Part shown: positions 54,713 to 63,930 of the stretch, in pieces
Position numbering within the stretch: position 1 is the first letter of the stretch
How the letters are laid out: each line of letters opens with the position of its first letter
Notes under the pieces: generated by a model
What the model saw: the letters and a program-made list of their open reading frames with translations, nothing else
Database searches by the model: none
Told to the model about the DNA's origin: nothing
From: Acidimicrobiales bacterium
GTDB taxonomy: Bacteria; Actinomycetota; Acidimicrobiia; Acidimicrobiales; RAAP-2
DNA: 64,000 nt
Assembly: GCA_035532415.1 (NCBI GenBank)
Contig: DATKRB010000056.1
Location: 11,435-75,434 of the forward strand
Direction of reading: 5' to 3'
Translations under genes and position numbers: made by a program

Positions 54713-56700
54713 GGCGTGGCCTCTCCGGGACGGTTTCGAGCGCTCTTCCGCCGGTACATCTCTCGGTCTGCCCGCACCAGCAGGGTCGTCGGGTCCTCGT
54801 GGCGGGGATCGGCGACGACCCAGCCGATCGACGCGGCCACCGAGAGGGTCTGGCCCTGCACCTGGTAGGGGGCCGTCAGAGACTTGCGGATGCGGGCCAC
54901 GACCAGCTCCACCTCGCTGGCGTCGGCCGCGGTGTGCGCCACCACGAACTCGTCGCCTCCGAGACGGGCCACGATGTCGCCCGTCCTGACGGTGCCCTGC
55001 ACTCGCCGGCTGACCGCGATCAGCACCTCGTCGCCGACGTCGTGCCCGAACTGGTCGTTGATGCCCTTGAACTCGTCGAGGTCGAGGAAGACGAGCGCCA
55101 CCGCTCCGCCGCGGCTCCGGAACTCCCCGAGCATCCTCCGGAGGTAGTCGAGCAGGAGGTAGCGGTTCGCCAGACCGGTCAGCGGGTCGTGAAGAGCCAG
55201 GTGGGTGAGCCAGGCCTCCTCCTGCAGCTGCGTGGTCACGTCGCGGAGCACCAGCAGCGCCCCGGTGCTCCCCTGCAGGTCGAACGGCCGGGCCGAGGCG
55301 ACGATGTGCCGGCGGGTGCCCTCGTCGCTCCCGAGGAGCAGCTGCTCGGAGCGGACCACGGTGCCGTGCAACGCCCGCGACAGGGGATGGTGGGCCAACG
55401 TGAGGGGGGAGCCGTCCGACGTGCACAGTGCCGTCGAGGCGGGAAACGGATGGCCGGCCATGTCGTCGTCCGCCGGGAGGCCCTGCAGCTCGCGCGACGC
55501 CCGGTTGGCGACGACGACCAGGCCGCCGGCATCGCACACCACGATCCCCTCGTCGAGGGCGTCGAGGAGGGATCCCAGGCTCGGGTCGGTCGACAGACCC
55601 CCGCCCGCTCCGGCGACGGGCCGGCGGGCGTCACGGAGAAGGGCCACGAAGCACTCCCCGACCGAGCTGCTGTCGACCCGGCTCCCGCTCACGTCGACGT
55701 CGAGCTCCTCGCCGGTGGTCGACATGAGCTGGAGCCGCCGGCCCGGGGGCCGGGTCCCCAGGAGGAACTCGGTGAAGTCGAGCTCCGTCTCGGCCGGAGA
55801 GAGGCGGTCCTCGTCAGGGGCGAGGAGCGCACCGATGTCGCTGCCCAGGATCTCGTCGGGCGCGAGGCCGCTCATGGCCGCCAGGGTCCCGTTGGCGAAG
55901 ATGATCGTGCCGTCCTCACGGGCCACGACCAACCCGTCCGGCAGGTTGTCGGCGACCTCGCCGAGAAAGCCCGAGCCCTCACCGGCGCGTTCCTCCCCGC
56001 CGGTGCCACCGGCGTCGTCGAAGCGATCCCACGACACCTCCCCCGCCCCGACGTCGTCGGCGTTCCCCCGGGAGACGCCGGTCCGCGGAGCCGGGCCGCG
56101 GGCGATGGCGTTCCACCCGCCCGGTCCCGGGGCGGCGTCGTCGGGCGAAGGCGGCTCCGGGACGGCGTCGCCGCGCAGTGCGGGGTAACCGCTCGGGCCG
56201 GGCTCCCTGTACGCGGGACCGGCCGGTCCCGCCGGCCGGGCCACTGCCGCGGTGCTGCTGCGCGCCCCCACCCGCTGGGTTGGCTCGGCGGCATCGGGCT
56301 CGGCCGCCAGCCGGCGGGCCAGCCCCTGCGACAACCGGAGGAGCCCGGTCCGCTGCTCGTCGTCGAGCTCGGGCAACCAGGTGTCGACCACACCGACCAG
56401 GCCGAGCCACTCGCGGTTGACCCTCAGGGGGACCGCCACACACGCCAGGGAGTCGTCCGGCGACTGCCCCTCGTCGGTCATCTCGGCGTTCCAGAAGAGC
56501 TCCCGGCCCCGCGCCTCGGGATGGGAGAGGCAGCTCTGGGCGAGCACCTCTATCCGGTTCCCGACGTCGGGGATCGTCACGACCGGTGAGAGGGCGAAGG
56601 CCACCCTCCCTGCGGGTGAGACGTAAAAGGCCCCGATTCCGATGCACAGATCACGGGCCAGCCGCAATGTCTCGACGAGTTGCTCGTCACCAGATGTCAT
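54709..56700 (-). CDS. GAF-PAS-PAS-GGDEF diguanylate cyclase (intact GGDEF)
   Basis: ATG at 56700. GAF-like N-terminus (CVAVPLRVNREWLGLVGVV). Two PAS segments (LPDGLVVAREDGTIIFAN..., LDEGIVVCDAGGLVVVAN...). HDPLTGLANR...VFLDLDEFKGINDQFGHDVGD...ARLGGDEFVV. Confidence 0.9.
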   Translation of the reverse strand: MTSGDEQLVETLRLARDLCIGIGAFYVSPAGRVAFALSPVVTIPDVGNRIEVLAQSCLSHPEARGRELFWNAEMTDEGQSPDDSLACVAVPLRVNREWLGLVGVVDTWLPELDDEQRTGLLRLSQGLARRLAAEPDAAEPTQRVGARSSTAAVARPAGPAGPAYREPGPSGYPALRGDAVPEPPSPDDAAPGPGGWNAIARGPAPRTGVSRGNADDVGAGEVSWDRFDDAGGTGGEERAGEGSGFLGEVADNLPDGLVVAREDGTIIFANGTLAAMSGLAPDEILGSDIGALLAPDEDRLSPAETELDFTEFLLGTRPPGRRLQLMSTTGEELDVDVSGSRVDSSSVGECFVALLRDARRPVAGAGGGLSTDPSLGSLLDALDEGIVVCDAGGLVVVANRASRELQGLPADDDMAGHPFPASTALCTSDGSPLTLAHHPLSRALHGTVVRSEQLLLGSDEGTRRHIVASARPFDLQGSTGALLVLRDVTTQLQEEAWLTHLALHDPLTGLANRYLLLDYLRRMLGEFRSRGGAVALVFLDLDEFKGINDQFGHDVGDEVLIAVSRRVQGTVRTGDIVARLGGDEFVVAHTAADASEVELVVARIRKSLTAPYQVQGQTLSVAASIGWVVADPRHEDPTTLLVRADREMYRRKSARNRPGEATP

Positions 56701-56942
56701 GAGCGAGAGCGTAGAAGGGGCAAGTCCCGCCTGCGTTCGCCCGGCGTCCCGACGTCGATCCCGATGTTCCGCATTTCGGGCATCGTCGCGCGCCACGACC
56801 CCGGCACACCGTCGCCCGCTCCTGGCAGGAGATCTTCGGCCGCGCCCTCGGGGCTCGGACCCTCCTCCGTCCCACTGGCGTCCCGCCTCCGGGCCCCGGC
56901 TCCCGTGACGCTCGTGAGACGGGCGGGCACCACCATTGGGCC

Positions 56943-58124
56943 ATGACCTCATCCCCACTCACGGGAACAGACGGGGCGCCCATCGTGAGGACCGCTCTCG
57001 TCCACGATTCGCTCACCGGCCGGGGGAGGCCGGAACGGGTCCTCCTGCACCTGGCCGAGGCCCTCCCCGACCCGGTCATCATCACCTCCGCCTATGACCC
57101 CGAGGGCACCTTCCCCGAATTCTCGAGATTCCCGGTCCACGCCATGGACGGCCACGCCCGGGACAAGGGCCCGGGCCGCGCGACCGACCGAGCTCACGCC
57201 CTCACCAGCGCCGCCGCCTTCCGCTCTCTCGACCTCACGAGGGCCGATCTCGTCGTGGTGTCGACCACGGGCGCCGCCCACCACGTGCGTCACCCCCGCA
57301 AGGCGGTCTACTGGCACGATCCACCCGAGTCGGAGCGCGAGCACGACGGGCCGCCCGGGGCCGGGCCAGGCCGGCCTCCGGCCGTCGCCGCCCACCTCCG
57401 CCGCTCCGAGCGCGAAGCCGCGCTGGCCCCTGCGGTCCACGCCACGAGCTCCCACCGGGCGGCGCAGCGGCTGAGGGACGGGTACGGCATCGAGCCCGAG
57501 GTCCTGCATCCCCCGCTCGACACGGCTCGGTTGGGCCCGTCCCTGGTCGAACCGGCCTGGCCCCCCCGCTGCCTGGTGGTGAGCCGGCTGGTCCCCCAAG
57601 AACGCGTCGACGTGGCGATCGCCGCCTGCCGCGAGGTCGGGATCCCCCTCACGGTGATCGGGGAGGGTCCGGACCAGCGGCGCCTGCGCGAGATGGCCGA
57701 CGAGTCCGTGACCTTCGTCTCCTCGGTGAGCGACCCTGAGCTCGCTGCCGCATACCGTTCACACAGCGTCGTCCTGTGTCCCGACCAGGGCCACTCCGGC
57801 CTCGAGCCGCTGGAGGCCGGTTACGTCGGCCGACCCGTCGTCGCCTCGAGCGCCGGCGGCGCGATGGAGACCGTCCTCCACCGCGAGACGGGCTGGCTGG
57901 TCGGAGGATGGGACCCGCTCGACTGGGCCATGGGGCTGACCGCTGTCCTCCAGCGGCGATGGGACCTGCGGGCTCTGAGGTCGTTCGCCGAGCGGTTCGG
58001 GACGGCCTCGTTCGACGCCGGGTTGGCCCGTTGGCTGGGGGCGGCGGTCGCCCGCGACGAGGCGCTGCGGCTCGAACGGGATCCGCTGAGGGACTTCGCC
58101 GACCAGGGCCTGCTCGCCAGCTGA
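56943..58124 (+). CDS. GT4-family glycosyltransferase
   Basis: ALVHDSLTGRGRPERVL and a C-terminal EX7E-like region SGLEPLEAGYVGRPVVAS..GGAMETV. Confidence 0.85.
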   Translation: MTSSPLTGTDGAPIVRTALVHDSLTGRGRPERVLLHLAEALPDPVIITSAYDPEGTFPEFSRFPVHAMDGHARDKGPGRATDRAHALTSAAAFRSLDLTRADLVVVSTTGAAHHVRHPRKAVYWHDPPESEREHDGPPGAGPGRPPAVAAHLRRSEREAALAPAVHATSSHRAAQRLRDGYGIEPEVLHPPLDTARLGPSLVEPAWPPRCLVVSRLVPQERVDVAIAACREVGIPLTVIGEGPDQRRLREMADESVTFVSSVSDPELAAAYRSHSVVLCPDQGHSGLEPLEAGYVGRPVVASSAGGAMETVLHRETGWLVGGWDPLDWAMGLTAVLQRRWDLRALRSFAERFGTASFDAGLARWLGAAVARDEALRLERDPLRDFADQGLLAS

Positions 58125-58178
58125 GATCTCCGAGGGCTCCCCGGGCACACCCGGCGACCGCCGGATCCTGGCTGGCCC

Positions 58179-61100
58179 TCAGGCCGTGCCCAGCGAATTG
58201 CGCACCCGTCCGAGCGCCGGCGACGGTGCAACCCCCAGGTCGCCCAGCATCCGCTCGGCCCGCCCGATGATCGACAGCGCCCGCCGCCGGTTGCCCGCCC
58301 GCGCGTGCAGCTCGGCAGCCTGCAGGTAGTAGTGCTCCTCGTAGGGGTCGGCCTCGATCAGGCGATCGAGCAGGCCCAGGGCCTCCTGCCCGTGCTCGTG
58401 GCGAACCGCCTCGGCGAGCAGCAGCTCGAGCAGCTGAAGGTGCAGCCGGGCCAACGACTCGCGTGAGGGGGAGGCCCAGTCCGCGTATCGGTCGCCGGGG
58501 AGGAGCTCGCCCCGGTAGAGATCCAACGCCTTGCGCGCCAGCTGAACAGGGGTCGGGTCCGCCCCGTCGGGCCGGAGGGCCTGCTCCGCCAAGCTCCGGA
58601 AGGCCGACACGTCGGTCACCGCGTCGGGCGAGAGCCGGATGAAATTCCCCTCGCGCTCGAGGAGCTCGCCGCAGGCCGCCCGTACCCGCCAGAGGACGTT
58701 GCGCAACCGCCGAGTCCCGACGCCGGGCTCGGCGTCGGCCCAGAGCAGCTCGACCAGCTCCTCCACCGGGATCCTCTCGCGCAAGGTGACGATCTTGAGC
58801 CCCTGGGCGGCGAGGCTCAGGGGAAGGGAGACGTCCTTGCCGTGACGGCGGACGGCGAAGGACCCGAGCAGGCAGATCTCCCATGTCGGCGGGGGCGTCG
58901 TGACCGCCGGAGCGGCCCCGGGCCGTCGCAGGTGGCCCTCGGAGGACCGCCGCGCCACGAGCGTGGCCGGCTCCCCGCTCCTCCCCTCGTCGTAGGTGTC
59001 GTCCTCCCCGGAGGACGGGCCCGAGGGCAGCCGGTCGAACTCCTGTTCGACCAGGGCCGACCATCCCGAGGCCTCTCGCAGCCGGAATTGCTCGGCCGCA
59101 CTCCCGAGCCGGGCACGCGCCTCCTCGTGCCGGCCGGCCTCGGCGAGACGAACTCCCCACAGCAGCTCAACCCGCGCCTCGTGGAGCGGGGCGCCCCTGA
59201 CCGCAGTGAGCACCGCGCGGAAGTGCTCGCTCGCCGCGTCGATCTCATCGGCGGCGATGCCCCGGATCCAGTGCGACCAGGAGCGTGGGACGGCACCGGA
59301 ATTGGAGGCCCGGTCGACGACGTCCACCAGTGCGGTCGCCTCGCCGGCGCGCCGGCCGAGGATCATCACCTCGGCGATGGGCGGGGCCCACCGGGCGCGG
59401 ATCGGATCGTACGCGGGAGCGGCCTCCTCGGCGACGGGCGTCTCCTCTTCGGACGCCGCCAGCCATGCGAAGGCCGACGCCATCCGGCCCCGCTGCAACT
59501 CGAGGTTGGCCAGGGCGGTGAGGGCCTGCAGGCGCGGCTCCCTCCCGGTATCCGCCGTCAGGGCGAACAACCCGGAGGCCCGTTGGAAAGCCTGTTCGTA
59601 CTCCCCGCGCGCAGCGTGGACCTCCACCACGAGAGCGAGGGCTCGCGCCGCCAGCGGGCGGTCCTCGCATCGCCTGGCCCGGTCGGCCGAGGTCTCGGCG
59701 GCGGCGAGGGCCTCGGACAGCCGGCCGTCGCGCAGCGCGACCGCCGCCTGCAGGGCGGGCGGTACCACAGCGAGGGCGCGGTCACCGAGCGTTTCCGCAC
59801 AGTGCTCGATCCACTGGGCCCACCGGGTGGTCTGCTCCCGCTGCCCCTCGTACAGCAGGCTGATCCCGATCACGTACGCCAGTTGCGGCGACCCCGAGAA
59901 CCGCTGCGTCTGGCCGATCAGGAGCGAGGAGGCCGCCCGCACCTCGGACCGGTGCGCCGTCGGGGTCCGACCCTCCATCGTCCCCACGGCCCCGAGGGTC
60001 GCCCGGGCCAGTGCCTCGGCATGGCTGCTCACCGCACCCGCCAACGCGACCGCCCGCTCCGCGACGTCAGCGGTGCCGGTCGAGCTCCCCCCGAGCACCA
60101 TGCAGGCGGCGGCGTCGGCCAGCATCAGCACCGCCCGGTGGGGGGTCTCCGCCTCGCAGAGCGCGGCCGCTGCCAGCATCTCGTCGGCCACCGCACCTCC
60201 GACGTCGTGGTTCGAATCGGCCCGGGCACGCTGGTAGACCACCTCGGCCAGGACCGACCCCGACGGGTGCAGGTCGGCAGCCCGGTCGAGGCAGACGAGG
60301 GAACGCTGGGTGTGCCCGACCGTCATCCAGAGCCCGGCTGCCCGAGACAGGTGGTGGGCCCTCGTGTCGGAGGTCTCGGCGAAGGCTGACGCCATCTCCT
60401 CGTGACGGGCGGCCGATTCGGGATCGCCCCGGTCGAGCGCCACCCGGGCCGCCTGACCGTAAAGGCGGGTCAGCGCGTCGTCGGGAACCCCTCTACCCTG
60501 GCTGGCGTGGAACGCGCTGCGCTCCACGTGCCCGCTCCGCCCGAAGGCGCGGCCGGTGGCCTGGTGGATCTGGGCGCGGACCTCCTCCGGGGCCAGGCGG
60601 AATGCGGCAGCCCGGACAAGGGGGTGCAGGAAGTCGATCCGGTTCCCCCGGACGACCAGGATCCCCGCTTCCTCCGCCGGGATCAGCGCCTCCGAGCTGA
60701 GATCGAGCTGGTCGAGCACCAGCTCGAGCACGTCGAGGGGGACCCGCCCGGCCGCGGCGGCGGCCACCGCGCTCCGCACCTCGTCCGGCAGCACGGCAAC
60801 GCTGGCACCGAAGGCCGACGCCAACGCGTCGCCGACGGGGACCGGCTCGGGCAGCGGACGCCACCCGTTGAGCTCGTCCGGATCGAGCCGGGCGCAGACG
60901 TCGAGCAACGCGTGGGGGTTGCCTGCCGTGGCGCCGACCAAGGTCGTCAGGACCGCTGGCGCCGGAAGATGGAGGTGCTGCTGACGGAGGAGGGTTCGGG
61001 ACTGGTCGAGGGTGAGTCCCCCGAGCCGGTGCTCGGCCACCGCAGTCGAGCCCAGCTCGAAGGTGGGCCGGTGGGGTGTATCTCGCCAGGCCAGCACGAG

Positions 61101-61625
61101 GACGAGCGGGGCCCGAGCGAGGCTGTCCGTCACCGCTCGCGTCAGGGCACCGGGGAACCACGGCGGGAGCAGATGACAGTCGTCGACCGCAAGCAGGAGG
61201 GAGGACGTCGCCGACCGGAGGATGGCCTGTAATGCCTCGACCGTGGCTTCAGGGCCCGGATCCGGGGCGTTGCCGGCGAGCAGCTCGGCGAGCGGGCGCG
61301 GCCACTCCCTCGGCACCGCCTCGCGGTCGGCGACCGCCGTGCCGCGCAATTGGACGATGGTGAAGTCGCTGGCGCGGGCCACCGTCGCTTCGATCAGGGC
61401 GCTCTTGCCCACCCCCGGCTCCCCGCGCAGCGCGACCGCGCTGCCGGTGCCCCTCCGAGCCCGCCACAGGACGTGGTCGAGATGCGCGAGCTCGCGGACG
61501 CGGGCGATCAGGCCGCCCGGCGCCGCCGAGCGCGGACCCGGGTCGTCGGTGAGCGACGGGTACGCCGATCGGTGCTCCTGCGCACCCGCGGCTTCCCCGG
61601 CGAGCGCTACGGGGCTCCGCGCCAA
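58179..61625 (-). CDS. large ATPase-TPR regulator with C-terminal SARP module (AAA/STAND - TPR - wHTH - BTAD)
   Basis: Walker A LRGEPGVGKSALIE, Walker B LLLAVDDCH, and a long helical repeat region. C-terminal WEICLLGSFAVRRHGKDV...ELLWADAEPG..RRLRNVLWRVR (OmpR-type wHTH) plus BTAD (ALDLYRGELLPGDRYADWA...ADPYEEHYY). TTG at 61625 preceded by GGGAGGAG. The ORF is open to GTG 61829. Confidence 0.85.
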   Translation of the reverse strand: MARSPVALAGEAAGAQEHRSAYPSLTDDPGPRSAAPGGLIARVRELAHLDHVLWRARRGTGSAVALRGEPGVGKSALIEATVARASDFTIVQLRGTAVADREAVPREWPRPLAELLAGNAPDPGPEATVEALQAILRSATSSLLLAVDDCHLLPPWFPGALTRAVTDSLARAPLVLVLAWRDTPHRPTFELGSTAVAEHRLGGLTLDQSRTLLRQQHLHLPAPAVLTTLVGATAGNPHALLDVCARLDPDELNGWRPLPEPVPVGDALASAFGASVAVLPDEVRSAVAAAAAGRVPLDVLELVLDQLDLSSEALIPAEEAGILVVRGNRIDFLHPLVRAAAFRLAPEEVRAQIHQATGRAFGRSGHVERSAFHASQGRGVPDDALTRLYGQAARVALDRGDPESAARHEEMASAFAETSDTRAHHLSRAAGLWMTVGHTQRSLVCLDRAADLHPSGSVLAEVVYQRARADSNHDVGGAVADEMLAAAALCEAETPHRAVLMLADAAACMVLGGSSTGTADVAERAVALAGAVSSHAEALARATLGAVGTMEGRTPTAHRSEVRAASSLLIGQTQRFSGSPQLAYVIGISLLYEGQREQTTRWAQWIEHCAETLGDRALAVVPPALQAAVALRDGRLSEALAAAETSADRARRCEDRPLAARALALVVEVHAARGEYEQAFQRASGLFALTADTGREPRLQALTALANLELQRGRMASAFAWLAASEEETPVAEEAAPAYDPIRARWAPPIAEVMILGRRAGEATALVDVVDRASNSGAVPRSWSHWIRGIAADEIDAASEHFRAVLTAVRGAPLHEARVELLWGVRLAEAGRHEEARARLGSAAEQFRLREASGWSALVEQEFDRLPSGPSSGEDDTYDEGRSGEPATLVARRSSEGHLRRPGAAPAVTTPPPTWEICLLGSFAVRRHGKDVSLPLSLAAQGLKIVTLRERIPVEELVELLWADAEPGVGTRRLRNVLWRVRAACGELLEREGNFIRLSPDAVTDVSAFRSLAEQALRPDGADPTPVQLARKALDLYRGELLPGDRYADWASPSRESLARLHLQLLELLLAEAVRHEHGQEALGLLDRLIEADPYEEHYYLQAAELHARAGNRRRALSIIGRAERMLGDLGVAPSPALGRVRNSLGTA

Positions 61626-61969
61626 CCGACCGCTCCTCCCGAGCCACCGCCGCCCGCGGGCACCCGGGCGCGACCGTGACCGCCCGCTCCGGAACCTCCC
61701 GCCGTTGGGTTCATCTCCGCCTCGCTCAAGTCCGCCCGTTCGAGACCCGTCGCCGCCAGGTCGGTGGGGGCGACGAAGCCGGCAGGCCGACCACGCAGCA
61801 CCCGGCCGATATCGGCAACCTCCACCCACGCTCCGCCCATCGGGTCACCGCCGCCGGTCGGAGCGTGGGCCAGCCCGTCGCGGGCCCAATCTCCGCCGAC
61901 TCCGCCGTCGGGGACACCTCCGGACGGAATCCCAGGTGAACGGGACTCCTCCGAGGCGAAATCTACCAT
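61607..61969 (-). CDS. possible 120-aa upstream ORF overlapping the regulator start
   Basis: ATG at 61969. ...MGGAWVEVADIGRVLRGRPAGFVAPTDLAATGLERADLSEAEM... looks more protein-like than the alternative frame. Its stop lies 19 nt inside the TTG-start regulator. Weak SD. Confidence 0.25.
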   Translation of the reverse strand: MVDFASEESRSPGIPSGGVPDGGVGGDWARDGLAHAPTGGGDPMGGAWVEVADIGRVLRGRPAGFVAPTDLAATGLERADLSEAEMNPTAGGSGAGGHGRARVPAGGGGSGGAVGWRGAP

Positions 61970-62268
61970 TGAGGTTCTCGAACACAGAAATATGAGGCCG
62001 GAATCCTCGGCGGTCCCCCGGCGTCGCCGGGCAGGCGACCAGCGCCATCGGCGGGGCTCGCGAAGGTCGCTGCGGGCCCGGGCCTCAGGCTCTCGCGGCC
62101 CTGGTGGCTTCCCTCGTCTGACACCTCGTCCGGGTCCCGCAGCTCCGGAACGTCGACCCGGCCCGCGGTGGGGTTCGTGACCTCGGCGTGTCGGCGTACA
62201 CTCACAGACGCCATCCCCTGTCCTGACGCCCACCCGTGGTGGTCCCGACGGAGGGGATCCGGCAAGCA

Positions 62269-62345
62269 GGGGCTATAGCTCAGTCGGTTAGAGCGCAGCA
62301 CTGATAATGCTGAGGTCGCAAGTTCGATTCTTGCTAGCCCCACCA
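62269..62345 (+). tRNA. tRNA-Ile (anticodon GAT), CCA encoded
   Basis: GGGGCTATAGCTCAGTCGGTTAGAGCGCAGCACTGATAATGCTGAGGTCGCAAGTTCGATTCTTGCTAGCCCCACCA. The cloverleaf folds cleanly. Confidence 0.95.
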
Positions 62346-62467
62346 CAAAAGCGCAGGTCAGAAGGTCGTTGACTTCCGCCGCTAACTCCAGCTAGCGTCG
62401 GTCCCAACAGCGGTCCCAACAATTGTTGGGACCGGGGGGCACGGGGGACCAGCGAGGAGGACCGGGC

Positions 62468-63667
62468 ATGGCGGGAAGCCTTCGGCAGCGACCGGACAAA
62501 GGGCCGAACGCGTGGGAGCTCCGGGTGTTCGTGGGTCGTGACGCCGCCGGCAGGGTGCGCCACACGAGCCGCCTCTTCCGGGGATCGAAGCGGGCCGCGG
62601 AGAAAGAGCTCGCCCGCCTGGTGCTCGCGCAGGACGAGCACCCCGAGGTCGTCCCCGACGAGGCCAGCCGGGCGTGGGGTCCGTCGACCACGCTCAACGA
62701 CGCCATCGCCGGGTGGAAGGCGAACGGCTGGGACGACCTCAGCCCGGTCACCGTCCGGCGCTACGAGAACGTCTGGAAGGTCCACATCCGCGACGCCATC
62801 GGCAAGCGACGCATCGCTTCGCTCAGCCCCTACGACGTCGAGCGGTTCTTCCGTGAGCTCAAAGTGAAGGGTGCGGGTCGAGAGACGGTGCGCTACGTCC
62901 GGTCGGTCCTGCACCGGGCGTGCCGCCTGGCGCGCAAGTGGAGCGGGAACCAGCTCCACAACCCGGTGAGCGACACCGAGCTGCCCTCGTGGGGCATGGC
63001 GGAGCTACCGGTCCCCGTGCGCTCCCCGACGGTCACCGAAGTCCGCGCGATCATCGCCGCAGCCGAGGAGCTCGACCTCCGGTACGCGGTGGCGCTGCGG
63101 GTGGTAGCCGCCTCGGGCATGCGCCGCGGGGAGGCATGCGCCCTGCGGTGGTCAGACATCGACTGGGATGCTTCCTCGCTCGTCGTCGACGAGTCGGTCG
63201 TGCCCGCCGCCGGCGGAGCGGTGGTGAAATCGCCCAAGACGAGGGCCAGCATCCGGCAGGTGGCGATCGATCCCGGAACGTCGGCGTCGCTTCGTGTGCT
63301 TCGAGACGAGCAACGGGATCTGGCGACGGGATGTGGCACCACGCTCGCCGACGACGGGTTCGTGTTCTCCGCCGAACCGGGCGGAGAGGTTCCCCCGTAC
63401 CCCGACACCCTCAGTAGGGCCTTCACCAAGGCCCGCACTGCGGCGAGGCTCCCGGCTGATCTGCACCTCCACTCGCTCAGACATTTTCAAGCGACCTCGC
63501 TCGACACGGTCATCCCCGAACGCCAGAAGCAGGCCCGGCTCGGGTGGTCGACCGTCCATATGGCGCGCCACTACACCGATGCCCTCACCACCGAGGACCG
63601 CCGGGCGGCCGAGCACATCGGCACCCTGCTCGACGCCGACCCTCAGGCTCCGCGGGTATCGACCTGA
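62468..63667 (+). CDS. int: tyrosine-type site-specific integrase
   Basis: ATG at 62468. SAM-like N-domain. Catalytic region: ASGMRRGEACALRWSDID, HSLRHFQATS, MARHYTD (R..HxxR..Y). Confidence 0.9.
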   Translation: MAGSLRQRPDKGPNAWELRVFVGRDAAGRVRHTSRLFRGSKRAAEKELARLVLAQDEHPEVVPDEASRAWGPSTTLNDAIAGWKANGWDDLSPVTVRRYENVWKVHIRDAIGKRRIASLSPYDVERFFRELKVKGAGRETVRYVRSVLHRACRLARKWSGNQLHNPVSDTELPSWGMAELPVPVRSPTVTEVRAIIAAAEELDLRYAVALRVVAASGMRRGEACALRWSDIDWDASSLVVDESVVPAAGGAVVKSPKTRASIRQVAIDPGTSASLRVLRDEQRDLATGCGTTLADDGFVFSAEPGGEVPPYPDTLSRAFTKARTAARLPADLHLHSLRHFQATSLDTVIPERQKQARLGWSTVHMARHYTDALTTEDRRAAEHIGTLLDADPQAPRVST

Positions 63668-63930
63668 TCGTCCGGCGCAGAACGGGAACCGGCGGCCACG
63701 ATCGGCGCCTCGCCCGCCAATAGCCGCTCGACGGCGGCACGGGGAACGTAGGTGGAGCCACCGATCTTGTGCACGGGGAACGGCACGGCTCCGTTGCGCA
63801 CCGCCCGGAACATCGTGGTACGCCCGATGCCCAGCATGATCGCGGTCTCTTCCACGGTGAGAAGGAGCCGGCCCCGACGTCGGGCGGACGGTGCCTTCCG
63901 TGCTCGATCGACGACCTCGAGTCGGTCCAT
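63643..63930 (-). CDS. xis: excisionase/MerR-like helix-turn-helix DNA-binding protein
   Basis: LLLTVEETAIMLGIGRTTMFRAVRNGAVPFPVHKIGGSTYVPRAAVERLL. ATG at 63930 is preferred over 63993. Confidence 0.7.
   Translation of the reverse strand: MDRLEVVDRARKAPSARRRGRLLLTVEETAIMLGIGRTTMFRAVRNGAVPFPVHKIGGSTYVPRAAVERLLAGEAPIVAAGSRSAPDDQVDTRGA

Noticed and set aside
58842-60389. ORFs 58842..60389, 58996..60237 and 57649..59160 overlapping the AAA-TPR-SARP gene
   Set aside because: Antisense or alternate frames with low-complexity translations.
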